Shown here: positions 62,931 through 64,000 of the stretch, one piece after another
Layout: each line of letters opens with the position of its first letter
Position numbering within the stretch: the first letter of the stretch is position 1
Source: Mobula hypostoma
Lineage: Eukaryota
Direction of reading: 5' to 3'
NCBI RefSeq assembly: GCF_963921235.1
Contig: NC_086097.1
Span: 227,604,001-227,668,000, forward strand
DNA: 64,000 nt
The notes under the pieces: generated by a model
Database searches by the model: none
Seen by the model: only the letters and a program-made list of their open reading frames with translations
Told to the model about the DNA's origin: nothing
Program-made: the position numbers and the translations under genes

Positions 62931-64000
62931 AAGACCATAAGACCATAAGATCATAAGACATAGGAGCAGAATTAGGCTATTTGGCCCATCGATTCTGCTC
63001 CACCATTCAATCATGGCATATCCTTTTTTTTCTTCTCCTCAACCCCATTTCCTGGCCTTCCTCCTGTAACCCTTGATGCCATGTCCAGTCAAGAACTTAA
63101 CAATGTCTGCCTTAAATACACCCAATGACCTGGCCTCCACAGCTGGATGTAGCAACAAATTCCACAAAATCACCACCGTCTGGCTAAAGAAATTTCTCCG
63201 CTTCTCTGTTATGAATGGACGCCCCTCTATCCTGAGGCTGTGCCCTCTTGTCCTAGACTCTCACACCATGAGAGACATCTTTTCCACATCTAGTCTGTCT
63301 AGACCACGGGCGGCCAACCTTTTACATTCCATGTGTCAATTTTTTCACTCATGAGTTCAGATGCACCATACAACTCTTGTATCCCCATTCAATTCTTGTA
63401 AAAATATGTTAATATAGAACTCCTGCATGAAAAAATCACACCTGAACTCGTGCGTGAAAAAATTGATGCATGGAATGTAAAAGGTTGGCCACCCCTGGTC
63501 TACGCCTTTCAACATTCAAACCATTTCAATGAGGTCCCCCTTCGTCCTTTCTAAGTTCCAGCGAGTACAGACCCAGAGCCATCAAACGTTCCTCATATAA
63601 TAACCCTTTAACTTCTGGAATTATCCTGGTTACCTCCTCTGGACCCTCTCCAATGCCAGCATATTTCTTCTAAGATGAGGAGCCCAAAATTCTTCACAAT
63701 ACTTAAGGTGAGGCCTCACCAGTGCCTTATAAGGCCTCAGCTTCACATCCCTGCTCTTGTATTCAGGACCTCTTGAAATGAATGCTAACATTGCATTTGC
63801 CTTTCTCACCACCTTTAGGGTGTTCTGCACAAGGACACCCAAGCTCCTTTGCATCTCGAATTTTTGGATTTTCTCCCTGCTTAGGAAATAGTCTGCATAT
63901 TTATTTCTACTACCAAAGTGCATGACCATGAATTTTCCAGCATTATATTTCATTTGCCACTATCTTGCCCATTCTCCTAATCTGTCTAAGTCCTTCTGCA
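62930..64000 (-). mobile_element. CR1 LINE 3' part (runs off window end)
   Basis: YKALVRPHLKYC..LERVQRR; (CCATAAGA)n tail. Confidence 0.9.
63305..63497. mobile_element. hAT (Charlie-like) MITE
   Basis: ~55-bp TIRs CACGGGCGGCCAACC / GGTTGGCCACCCCTG; 8-bp TSD GTCTAGAC/GTCTACGC. Confidence 0.85.

Overview
This is eukaryotic, repeat-dense vertebrate DNA. The repeat mix (CR1 LINEs, V-domain/HE1-type SINEs, Penelope-like terminal repeats) suggests a cartilaginous fish such as a ray; that is inference, not proof. Most of the window is decayed, often nested transposable elements: CR1 and Rex1/Babar LINEs, a Penelope-like element (PLE) with foldback derivatives, an R4/Dong-type LINE, non-autonomous RTE derivatives, tRNA SINEs, Tc1/mariner and hAT elements, and one or two solo LTRs. 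Almost all ORFs in the supplied track are TE remnants or their antisense shadows. I found no rRNA, true tRNA or CRISPR. Two signals are largely missed by the ORF track. (1) A phase-consistent chain of + strand spliced exons (34504-34747, 35039-35103, 39578-39779) encodes the C-terminal ~170 aa of a host protein I cannot name. (2) An intact minimal hammerhead ribozyme core (22150-22185, - strand) lies inside a 510-bp PLE-derived foldback element with a 13-bp target-site duplication (TSD). Boundaries without a stated TSD or terminal inverted repeat (TIR) are approximate (tens of bp).
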